Source: Pirellulales bacterium
Lineage (GTDB): Bacteria > Planctomycetota > Planctomycetia > Pirellulales > JADZDJ01
DNA: 64,000 nucleotides
Direction: 5' to 3'
NCBI GenBank assembly: GCA_035656635.1
Contig: DASRSD010000152.1
Coordinates: 9,357 to 73,356, forward strand
Of this stretch, positions 9,012 to 16,144 are shown piece by piece; position 1 is the first letter of the stretch, and each line of letters opens with the position of its first letter. Both the position numbers and the translations under genes were made by a program. Below the pieces are notes generated by a model. The model had not been told where the DNA came from, searched no databases, and worked only from the letters and a program-made list of their open reading frames with translations.

Positions 9012-9336
9012 TGTGCTAGGCCAGTTGGCAAGGTATTACATGAGCTTATCATCAGAAACCTCCGAATGTTGGCATTGAGAATTGGATCACGAATGCCAAC
9101 GTCATCGCATTCCATTGGGGAGCCGCAGAGGCATGTTGCGCGTCGAGAAACCGTCCGTCTTCGATGCGGATACGGATCGACGAAAGTAAGACACTTCAGC
9201 GAACGACTGCCGGAATAATAGGCAAGGAAGTCATGCGCTTTCAGGAATCGAAGATGACGATAGCGTGCAGCAAATTGCACCACCTCATGGTGCCGGTTGC
9301 TGGTGACTGCTTGCCGCTACTGCCGCCCCTTTGTTT

Positions 9337-9579
9337 TCAGACTGCAACCGCGTATGGGCTGGACTCTGTAATTACCCTTGATCGTGGCAACGGAGTCGCT
9401 CGGCGTGCCGCTAGAAAGTTCACCAAGTCATCGTCGCGGACACGCCAGCGCGGCTGATGGCCGTTGCTCACATTGGTAGCTTGCAGTTTCTGCGACCTGA
9501 TCCAGCCGAGGACCTTCTCTCTGCTCACTTTTAGTGCTTTGGCAATTTCCGGCGGTGTCCACCATTTTCTGCTGTCCAT
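9337..9579 (-). CDS. helix-turn-helix DNA-binding protein, excisionase/MerR-like (HTH_17 type)
   Basis: From ORF 9337..9672, started at MDSRKWWTPPEIAKALKVSREKVLGWIRSQKLQATNVSNG..RWRVRDDDLVNFL. That pattern is typical of Xis/AlpA-like HTH proteins. Confidence 0.6.
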   Translation of the reverse strand: MDSRKWWTPPEIAKALKVSREKVLGWIRSQKLQATNVSNGHQPRWRVRDDDLVNFLAARRATPLPRSRVITESSPYAVAV

Positions 9580-9704
9580 GCGTTCGACTCCAATCTTGAA
9601 AGGTGCCGCCAGCCGAGAAATTCGGCTGACGCTGTAAACGGAGCAGTGAGTCCGATTCTTTGCAGACTTCACTGTTTGTACTTCGAGACGCGAGGGCGGT
9701 TACA

Positions 9705-9795
9705 CGCCGAGAGCGGCGTCGGCCAATTGAAAGGCGGCTCGTCAGAGGGACACTTATGCCCTCCATATAGGACATTGCTTTTCCGTCGCTCGCGT
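9705..9795 (+). repeat. about 90-bp direct repeat, copy 1
   Basis: cgccgagagcggcgtcggccaattgaaaggcggctcgtc...ccatataggacattgcttttccgtcgc aligns with 9952-10045 with few mismatches. Confidence 0.75.
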
Positions 9796-9951
9796 ACAGC
9801 GAATCAGGTGAGTTTGACGCTGTAATAGTCAAAATACTCGGAGAATCTGGTCCAATTTGCGGGTTATTCCGGTAAAAACACTCTTTCAACATAATCTTTC
9901 GATTCACCGGAACGGTTTATACGGGCGATCGGATCGCGAAAGCCTAGTGAT

Positions 9952-10045
9952 CGCCGAGAGCGGCGTCCGGCCGATTGAAAGGCGGCTCGTCGGGGGGGCA
10001 CTCTATCCTTCTATATAGGAAATCGCTTTTCCGTCGCGCATGTGA
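9952..10045 (+). repeat. about 90-bp direct repeat, copy 2
   Basis: cgccgagagcggcgtccggccgattgaaaggcggctcgtc...ctatataggaaatcgcttttccgtcgc is in the same orientation as copy 1, about 250 bp away. Confidence 0.75.
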
Positions 10046-10549
10046 AGCATTCCCCCAGTCAGTTTCAACATTTAGACAGCTTTTATTTTTTCGTCGTCGA
10101 TAAGTCCGGCACAACGGGCAGGAACGGAATCGACGGAATCGATACGGTCGGTAATATTGGAATAAATTGCTCGACCCGCCGTGTGTTGCCGTGAGCCAAA
10201 GAAAGTGATCTTCCGCTTAGCGGCTGCCCGTTAGCATCAATGGCCCGAAATGCATGTGGGCGATCATGCTCGGCAAATTAAATCCTTGGTCCATTGAGGA
10301 TTTGACTGCCGGGTGATGCTATTCGATCGTTGATCCAACAATCTTTGCCGCTGAGCTTAGTAGCGCCGACATCTTCACCATTGCGCATGGTGCTTGCGAA
10401 CGGGAAATCATCGCCCGACCAGCGGCGATCTACCCGGTCACGATCGACCAGCCTGCGATGCTCACGATGGCGCAGACCTACATCTGCGGTGTTGAACTGA
10501 TAAATGCGGGTGACGCTGCATAGGCGCTCTTAGCTCATCGGACGGATTT

Positions 10550-10596
10550 CTACACCAGTTGTCGCGACAACCGAAAGTTGTCGTAGCGGGTGTAGT
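10550..10596. repeat. motif cluster shared with 1624-1692, plus GTTGTCGCGACAAC palindromes
   Basis: It contains CTACACC (10550-10556), GTTGTCGCGACAAC (10558-10571, and again at 10715-10728), AGTTGTCGTA (10577-10586) and GCGGGTGTAG (10587-10596). Confidence 0.6.
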
Positions 10597-10788
10597 TGCC
10601 AATCTTTGACAATCGTCTGACTTCCATCTAAAATCGCTGGCGAGTGAACGTCTGATTCCATACAAGCCAACTTTGCAGTCCGGTCCATAAATGACTATGG
10701 TTTCAGGACATCAGGTTGTCGCGACAACCATCTGCAAGTCTCTTCGCGGCGCTGCAAAGCACACGATTCACCGCTCAAGCACCCCTCT

Positions 10789-10879
10789 AATGCCCGATTT
10801 GACCAGAAAAACTGGGCAAATTTGGCCGGCCATTTTTACGTTTAGGAAACACTCGCTCTATCCACTGAGCTACGAGGCC
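10789..10879 (-). pseudogene. decayed tRNA-Arg(CCT) copy (intact 5' half, degenerate 3' half)
   Basis: The minus strand reads GGCCTCGTAGCTCAGTGGATAGAGCGAGTGTTTCCTAAAC over 10879-10840. This matches the intact tRNA through the anticodon loop and then diverges. A ragged remnant, ctggtcaaatcgggcatt (10806-10789), resembles the T arm and 3' end. No strand complementary to the acceptor 5' strand is present. Confidence 0.7.
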
Positions 10880-11103
10880 CGGTTTGCCGTTTTGCGATTC
10901 CGCCTGCTGAGCTGTCGCCGGCTGGCTTCGGCCATGGCAAAACCGCAAGGCAAATGCCGGCAGTTTGCCGCCGACAGACACGACACCATCCGGCATTCAC
11001 ACGCCAGCATACCAAAGCCATCAGGGCCAAGCCACGGTCGTGGGACAATTCGCACGATTCCCGACAGTTTCGGTCTGGCAATTCGGTGGTGTAAAATTGA
11101 AAC

Positions 11104-11406
11104 ATGGGGGAGTCCATCCGAATTGCAATTGAAGATTTGTTCGATACCACCGGAACATTACCGACGCACTCGGGCAAGCTGCTGATACAAAGGGCGGAAG
11201 TCGTCGTGATTTTAGATCGCAGCTCCGGTCAACAGGCGGTGGTTTACGGCCTGGAGAAACTACATCGACAGATTGAGAAAGTCGGCGCCGACGCTCCGCT
11301 CATGCTGGTGGTCGAATTCGACGAAGAGAGCGACAACCTGGCAAAGCTGTTCGGCCTGATTCAATCGGCCAAAACGCCCGAAGAGGATGCCGACGAGTTG
11401 GAATAA
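11104..11406 (+). CDS. hypothetical protein (100 aa, acidic C terminus)
   Basis: This is a clean ORF with balanced composition. I recognise no family. Confidence 0.5.
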   Translation: MGESIRIAIEDLFDTTGTLPTHSGKLLIQRAEVVVILDRSSGQQAVVYGLEKLHRQIEKVGADAPLMLVVEFDEESDNLAKLFGLIQSAKTPEEDADELE

Positions 11407-11508
11407 TCTCGATACAGTTTCAGACAGAGTTATTTCTGCTGGTTGCAATTTTTCGCCGCGGAAATGATAATCCGTTTTTGCCAGGAATTTTTTGCAACCT
11501 CCTTGTGT

Positions 11509-11581
11509 GCGGGCGTAGCTCAGTTGGTAGAGCGCTAGCTTCCCAAGCTGGATGTCGAGGGTTCGAGTCCCTTCGCCCGCT
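11509..11581 (+). tRNA. tRNA-Gly (anticodon CCC)
   Basis: GCGGGCGTAGCTCAGTTGGTAGAGCGCTAGCTTCCCAAGCTGGATGTCGAGGGTTCGAGTCCCTTCGCCCGCT has a GCGGGCG/CGCCCGC acceptor stem, anticodon loop TTCCCAA and T loop TTCGAGT. Confidence 0.9.
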
Positions 11582-11681
11582 CTTTTTGCGATCCATCGGC
11601 AGAAGTTGCCAGGAAGTCATTTTGGGGGCGATGTGACCGGCAAGGCGTGTATCAGGCCGGAACTTCTGGGTGACCAGCAAG

Positions 11682-12224
11682 TTAAACTTGGGACCACTTC
11701 GGCAGAACATGAGAGGGTAATTCTTCCGCCAGAACTTCATCGCGGGCGGGCGCCGTTTCGCAGGGCACGTGCAGATGGTGGCTGCGGTAATCGCCGGAGG
11801 CGAGCAACACCTGGTCGACCCCCGCTGGCGTCAAATGCAGATTCGGCAGGTCAGCCGGTAGTTCTTGGATAGCGGCCTGCGCACTGCGCGGCGACGACAC
11901 AGAATCGAACAACATCGGTGACTGCGGCAACTCCGATTCGTGTTGTTCCCCTGGAAATAAGTCCGCAGTGAAGATATCTGCCGAGGGCTTTTTGGCAGCA
12001 GTTTTTGGTAAGTCGGAAGCGATCACGGGGAGAGTGTCTGCCGGCGCCGGTTGAATTGCAGCCGTTGCCATAGGCAGATCAATCAGAAGCGGTACCGCTG
12101 GAGCGAGGGGTGCCAAGCTTACGGATGGCGTGCTGTTAATCGCTGCCACTTCTGCCGCCGTGGTCGGCGACGCTAAGCTTACAGGCGGCGAACTGCTCGC
12201 GCTTTCGTCGATGCTGACGGACAC
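11682..12224 (-). CDS. Ser/Pro/Ala-rich hypothetical protein, possibly the frameshifted body of a secreted protein
   Basis: The ORF starts at a GTG. A good signal peptide (MHKFIFFVPLVILTAAVAPAPIPAKA, ATG at 12343) lies just upstream in another frame. The composition is low-complexity. Confidence 0.3.
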   Translation of the reverse strand: MSVSIDESASSSPPVSLASPTTAAEVAAINSTPSVSLAPLAPAVPLLIDLPMATAAIQPAPADTLPVIASDLPKTAAKKPSADIFTADLFPGEQHESELPQSPMLFDSVSSPRSAQAAIQELPADLPNLHLTPAGVDQVLLASGDYRSHHLHVPCETAPARDEVLAEELPSHVLPKWSQV

Positions 12225-12449
12225 GTTTTCTGCAGGGCTAGCTGCGTTATCCCGGAGGCTGGGGACGCTTTCGCCGGAATCGGCGCTGGTGCTACCGCCG
12301 CCGTGAGAATCACCAGGGGCACGAAGAAAATGAATTTGTGCATGATTTCAGATTCCGGCATTGATGCTGTGATAGAAGCGTCCGCCGGGTAGTGTCTTAA
12401 GAATGCGTTGCTGGCTGATCGCGGATTGTGAAGCGGAGTTTCATGGGGG

Positions 12450-12842
12450 CTAGAATCCGCCACCGCCAAAACCACCGCTAGCCGGCTGCTTGTCTTTACT
12501 TTGCACGTCCGGTTGCTCTTGCAATAACTTTTTCCGTTCTTCGGGCGACAAGTTGTGGACCTCTTGGCCACCATTGAAAAATAATATGGTGCCGACTTCA
12601 GGAAAAAGTGATTGTGCCTCGTCCGGGTCTTCGTGTTTTGTAAGAACTAGCACTCCGGGGCTTCGTTCACCGAAAATCCGAAGCGACCAAGGCGCGAGGA
12701 TGTCCGACGTGCCCTCACGCCCGGCTAGGAACTGGTGCCGCTGTCTGATCCATTTAAGCTGGTAAGCACTCCACGCCATCGGCAGGCTTATAATCGCTAT
12801 CGCGAGTAAGAGCCATCGAAGGTTAAACCGTGGCCGTTTCAT
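12450..12842 (-). CDS. membrane-anchored hypothetical protein
   Basis: From ORF 12450..12887, started at MKRPRFNLRWLLLAIAIISLPMAW, an N-terminal transmembrane anchor. The tail is Gly-rich. Confidence 0.6.
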   Translation of the reverse strand: MKRPRFNLRWLLLAIAIISLPMAWSAYQLKWIRQRHQFLAGREGTSDILAPWSLRIFGERSPGVLVLTKHEDPDEAQSLFPEVGTILFFNGGQEVHNLSPEERKKLLQEQPDVQSKDKQPASGGFGGGGF

Positions 12843-12945
12843 GCCCGCATTGTACCCTGTCCGGTGGGCGCGGGGTTTGATCCGCATGGGGGCTGATTTC
12901 CTGGAATAATCCTAAAAAATGGCCGAAACCGGGGATTGCAGCGAA

Positions 12946-13000
12946 TTGTATAAATTTGTATATTTGCCGCTTTGCTTGGCGTTGTATATCGTTGTATAAT
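12946..13000 (+). promoter_or_regulatory. putative promoter/operator of the Gp49-XRE module
   Basis: TTGCTT (12972-12977), a 17-nt spacer and TATAAT (12995-13000) form the promoter. Four TTGTATA direct repeats sit at 12946, 12956, 12982 and 12992, as two pairs with 10-nt spacing. Confidence 0.5.
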
Positions 13001-13046
13001 AAGTTCAGGGACGGACCTCAATGAAACCGATAATTATGAGGCGGAC

Positions 13047-13484
13047 ATGGACAAGCCGAATAAGCAGGGGCGTCGCAAATTACAAAAGGTAGTCACGTGG
13101 CAGCGACTTGTAATTTTACCAATTATGATCCGCGAAGGTCGAGATGTGCTGACCGATGGCCAATACCTTCACATCAAAGACCATTTGAAAGAATTGACAG
13201 GATTTGGCGCTCGTAAGTTTACAACACAACTTCGGATTGCTCCATTTGAAGAATTTTGGGAATTGAAGGAAAAAGGCGGCGTATTAGGCAGGAAAAACAT
13301 TCGGATTTATTTTTTTCACGACACCGACGATAGCGACATCATTCTTTTGATGACAGATAAGAAGGAAAACGATGGACAGGCTTCACCATCAATTAAATAC
13401 ATCCTCAGAAACCGGCTTCGCCTCTACCGGCAGGGGCATTTCGCTGGTCAACTCTTTTTTTATGTTCGGCCGGAGAAAGGTTAA
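13047..13484 (+). CDS. RelE/ParE-superfamily toxin, phage Gp49-like (HigB-like)
   Basis: The segment ...FEEFWELKEKGGVLGRKNIRIYFFHDTDDSDIILLMTDKKEN follows the Gp49/DUF891 pattern (RI.Y......I.LL..F.KK). An XRE antitoxin follows it. Confidence 0.7.
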   Translation: MDKPNKQGRRKLQKVVTWQRLVILPIMIREGRDVLTDGQYLHIKDHLKELTGFGARKFTTQLRIAPFEEFWELKEKGGVLGRKNIRIYFFHDTDDSDIILLMTDKKENDGQASPSIKYILRNRLRLYRQGHFAGQLFFYVRPEKG

Positions 13485-13520
13485 GAGAAATCATAACCAC
13501 TCATCATGCGGAGGTGTAAT

Positions 13521-14009
13521 ATGCTGACGGTTGACACAAGTGCCGTGCGCGCATACAAGCAAGCGCTCAGGCGTGTAGGAAAATGGCTAGAAAGTTTGCC
13601 GAAGGAGACGGCGAATGACTTGTGTGACCTATTCCAAATGTATGCGAAAGCCAAGGAGGACGGCGACGAGGAGGAATTGGAAAAGGTTAATCAGGCTATT
13701 CGAGAAATCCTTTTGCCAGATTCCCTGAAAGACGGAGTTAATGCGAAATTTTTCGATGAACAACCGAACGTCAGGGCGAGGCTAGATGCATATCGTGCAA
13801 AGGTTGGATTGGAAATCAAAAAACGCCGGGAAAAGCTGCGTATGACACAAGCTGAACTGGCGGAAAAGGCTGGAATTCCACAAAGTCATGTGAGTAGGTT
13901 AGAGTGCGGAAAGCATGTTCCAACCCACATTACAATGGAGAAGATTGCGAGAGCGCTCAAAACGAAACCGTCACGACTAGACCCGGGGTTTATCGATGAC
14001 GATGAATAA
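13521..14009 (+). CDS. XRE-family HTH antitoxin (HigA-like) with an extended N-terminal domain
   Basis: RMTQAELAEKAGIPQSHVSRLECGKHVPTHITMEKIARAL is a Cro/C1-type HTH. A GGAGG Shine-Dalgarno sequence lies 6 nt upstream of the ATG at 13521. Confidence 0.75.
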   Translation: MLTVDTSAVRAYKQALRRVGKWLESLPKETANDLCDLFQMYAKAKEDGDEEELEKVNQAIREILLPDSLKDGVNAKFFDEQPNVRARLDAYRAKVGLEIKKRREKLRMTQAELAEKAGIPQSHVSRLECGKHVPTHITMEKIARALKTKPSRLDPGFIDDDE

Positions 14010-14027
14010 TTGTTTAGACAATTTTAA

Positions 14028-14059
14028 GCGGGGAGGATTTTCTCCTCCCCGCTTTCTTT
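14028..14059 (+). terminator. rho-independent terminator
   Basis: gcggggagga-tttt-tcctccccgc forms a 10-bp stem and is followed by tttcttta. Confidence 0.7.
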
Positions 14060-14093
14060 ATTGGGAGGATCGAATCATGCGCTGCTCTAAATA

Positions 14094-14181
14094 GGAGAGC
14101 GGCCCGCGTCTTGGAGGCGCAGCGGATTTATAACCCGCCAGTGGACGGTTCGCGCCGGGAGTTCGATTCTCACCCTCTCCG
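14094..14181 (+). tRNA. tRNA-Ser-like / allo-tRNA-like gene with anticodon UAU (or a tRNA-Ser pseudogene)
   Basis: The sequence is GGAGAGCGGCCCGCGTCTTGGAGGCGCAGCGGATTTATAACCCGCCAGTGGACGGTTCGCGCCGGGAGTTCGATTCTCACCCTCTCCG. It has a GGAGAG/CTCTCC acceptor stem, a G discriminator, a long extra arm, T loop TTCGATT and anticodon loop TTTATAA. Several stem mismatches are present and CCA is not encoded. Confidence 0.5.
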
Positions 14182-14382
14182 CTAACGCTTAGCGACATAG
14201 GCCCGGATTGCCTCTGTAACAGCCTTTGACCGATTCCACTTGCTTCGCATGGCTATCGCATCGAGCTGCTTAATAAGGCTCTCAGGCACCGTGACGGTCA
14301 TTCTATCGGTTATCCCTTCAGGATTGATCGGCTCCCTGCCTGAATTTTCCCGCGCGCCACCGTGCTGCTTCTTTTTTGCCAT
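14182..14382 (-). CDS. ribbon-helix-helix (CopG-like) protein, orphan antitoxin-like
   Basis: MTVTVPESLIKQLDAIAMRSKWNRSKAVTEAIRAYV is an RHH beta-strand plus two helices. The N terminus is basic (KKKQHGGARENSGR). The stop codon abuts the tRNA-like gene. Confidence 0.65.
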   Translation of the reverse strand: MAKKKQHGGARENSGREPINPEGITDRMTVTVPESLIKQLDAIAMRSKWNRSKAVTEAIRAYVAKR

Positions 14383-14421
14383 AACTTTCCACCTTTTTTG
14401 AAATAATCACACTAAATCATG

Positions 14422-14450
14422 TTGACGTAGCCGAACTGAAACAGTATGAT
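14422..14450 (+). promoter_or_regulatory. sigma70-like promoter facing the IS1 transposase
   Basis: TTGACG (14422-14427), a 17-nt spacer and TATGAT (14445-14450). Confidence 0.45.
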
Positions 14451-14591
14451 ACATTCAACGTTGGTAGTCAAGCCAACAAAAAACCCTCACGGCTGCTGAA
14501 ACAACCGTGAGGGCGAGATACAACCAGGCTTTCGCTAGGCTGCTCTGACAAGCCAATTCTAGCGAGAGCCGCAGTAAAAGGCGACTCGACA

Positions 14592-15632
14592 ATGGTAGTT
14601 TCAAGTTGCAAGCATGAGCAAACCAAGCGATTCGGTAAAAACCGTAACGGCACGCCGCGCGTCTGCTGTATTCTTTGCGGAAAGACTTGGACAATTCAGC
14701 CGCCGCAACCTTTGGGCGATATGCGAATCTCGTTGGACGATGCCAAGCAAGTTTGCCGCCTCTTGGTCGAAGGCATGTCGATTCGCGCTACCGAACGAGT
14801 TACCCGCATCAACCGCAACACAATCTGCAAATTGATTGTCCACTTCGGAACGGCTTGTCAGCGATTTATGGATGCCCAGATGCGCGGCCTGAAATTGTCG
14901 CATTTAGAATTCGATGAACAATGGACTTGGGTAGGCCGCAAGCAATCGCGGCTAACGATCAATGAAAAGGCCGAACGTCACGACGTTGGCGATGTTTATA
15001 TTTGGACCTGCATCGATAAGCAAACCAAATTGATGCCGTCATTTATGCTCGGCAAGCGGTCGGCCGACAATGCCCGCCGCTTTATGATGGACGTAGCCGG
15101 TCGGTTAGTATTCCCAAACCCACACGCCAGCGATGCCCACAAGTTTGCAATCGGGCAGTATCCCATTGTGTGCCAGCTCTCGACCGATGGTTTCGCTGGT
15201 TATCCCGAAGCCGTCGATCTAGCTTTCGGCCCCTACGTGAAGTACGGCACGATTATCAAGGAATACAAGAATGCCAACATGATTTACACGCCGTCCGAAA
15301 TGGTTGGAACCCTCCGCACTGGCAAGCGCAATATAGGGCCACGACAAGAGCGAACGATAACTACTTCGCATGTTGAACGGCTAAATGGCACGCAACGGGT
15401 TTTTATGAAGCGGCTAAACAGATTGACGCTGTGCTTCTCCAAGAAACTAGAGAACCTAGAGGCCGCTTTCGCTATGTTCGCCTGCTACTACAATTGGTGC
15501 TGGCGGACCCGCAAGCCGGGCAAGAGCGGCATGAAGCGCCCGACGGCTTGCATGATGGCGGGAATCACCGATCATCTGTGGAGTTTTGACGAGTTGTTTT
15601 CAGCGGTTTTGAATTCAGCAACGCACTCTTAA
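14592..15632 (+). CDS. IS1-family transposase (single-ORF type with N-terminal zinc finger)
   Basis: It has a zinc finger (CKHEQTKRFGKNRNGTPRVCCILCGKTW) and an HTH. DEQWTWVGRK...YIWTCIDKQTKL...STDGFAGYPEAV...HVERLNGTQRVFMKRLNRLTLCFSKKLENL matches the IS1 InsB DDE layout. Confidence 0.8.
   Translation: MVVSSCKHEQTKRFGKNRNGTPRVCCILCGKTWTIQPPQPLGDMRISLDDAKQVCRLLVEGMSIRATERVTRINRNTICKLIVHFGTACQRFMDAQMRGLKLSHLEFDEQWTWVGRKQSRLTINEKAERHDVGDVYIWTCIDKQTKLMPSFMLGKRSADNARRFMMDVAGRLVFPNPHASDAHKFAIGQYPIVCQLSTDGFAGYPEAVDLAFGPYVKYGTIIKEYKNANMIYTPSEMVGTLRTGKRNIGPRQERTITTSHVERLNGTQRVFMKRLNRLTLCFSKKLENLEAAFAMFACYYNWCWRTRKPGKSGMKRPTACMMAGITDHLWSFDELFSAVLNSATHS
14592..15632 (+). mobile_element. IS1-family insertion sequence (ends not determined; coordinates cover the transposase only)
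   Basis: The call rests on the transposase. I found only weak candidate inverted repeats (near 14537-14552 and near 15716-15735) and no clear target-site duplication. Confidence 0.4.
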
Positions 15633-15793
15633 GACACTACCGTCCGCCGAGCTTGGTGGCATCTATGGCGATACCACCTTATAATAGTCGCGGCCGTGGT
15701 GTTGCGAAATCGTGTGACTGACAGAGCACAACTCCTTTAAGTTGTCTGGATCGCGAATTTGCCCGACAGATTCGTGCGGGAACAGAGCGAGGG

Positions 15794-16144
15794 ATGTTCA
15801 TGGCGCGGCGTTTTATTACTCGTTATCAGGCAAAACGCGCGCGCCGAGCATTGCCCTTCAACCGGCACACGGCCGTGGAACAACTGGAACGCCACGATCT
15901 GTTGGCTTTTGGCCTGACGACCAGCACGAACTTGTACACGGTCGATACCGGGGCGGGCCTGGTCTTTTCGGTCGCGCGCACTACGGCCAATAGTGCAGCG
16001 GTCGGCGATTTGACCTCGACGATATTTGACAGCACGCAATTGGAGGCCAGCCACAGCGTCACCGCTCGCTATTCGCACTATGAATCAGGCTTAGGCGGGC
16101 ACTGCGCACCGCTGGCAGGCAACCTGATTATCGCGCAATCGTGA
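15794..16144 (+). pseudogene. N-terminal fragment of a rhamnogalacturonan-lyase-like (PL4-like) secreted protein
   Basis: A leader (..VEQLERHDLLA) is followed by FGLTTSTNLYTVDTGAGLVFSVARTT...GDLTSTIF...SHYESGLG. This resembles the PL4 N terminus as I recall it (FGIT..YVIDT...L.F.V....DITSI...SHIGSGLG). Only 116 codons remain before a stop. Confidence 0.4.

Noticed and set aside
10100-10460. A minus-strand reading frame giving ..DRVDRRWSGDDFPFASTMRNGEDVGATKLSGKDCWIND..*..FAEHDRPHAFRAIDANGQPLSG.., possibly a gene remnant or integrase fragment.
   Set aside because: It is interrupted by a stop and too short, and I can match it to no family. In particular it shows no tyrosine-recombinase R..H..R..Y signature. 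I left it unannotated as island debris.
10600-10879. The idea that the tRNA-Arg(CCT) 5' half at 10840-10879 is the 5' exon of a tRNA interrupted by a group I intron, as is known for tRNA-Arg(CCU) in some proteobacteria.
   Set aside because: No 3' exon exists downstream: there is no strand complementary to GGCCTCG and no intact T arm within several hundred bases. Similarity to the intact tRNA continues four bases past the anticodon rather than stopping at the U of CCU. I see no obvious P7/P3-type conserved intron core. Decay of a duplicated tRNA is the simpler explanation.
14455-15740. An attempt to define the IS1 element ends and target-site duplication.
   Set aside because: I found only a weak 9-of-13 inverted match (about 14537-14552 against about 15716-15735) and two unrelated hairpins (14490-14519, 15656-15679). 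There are no convincing terminal inverted repeats or direct repeats, so the boundaries are not claimed.
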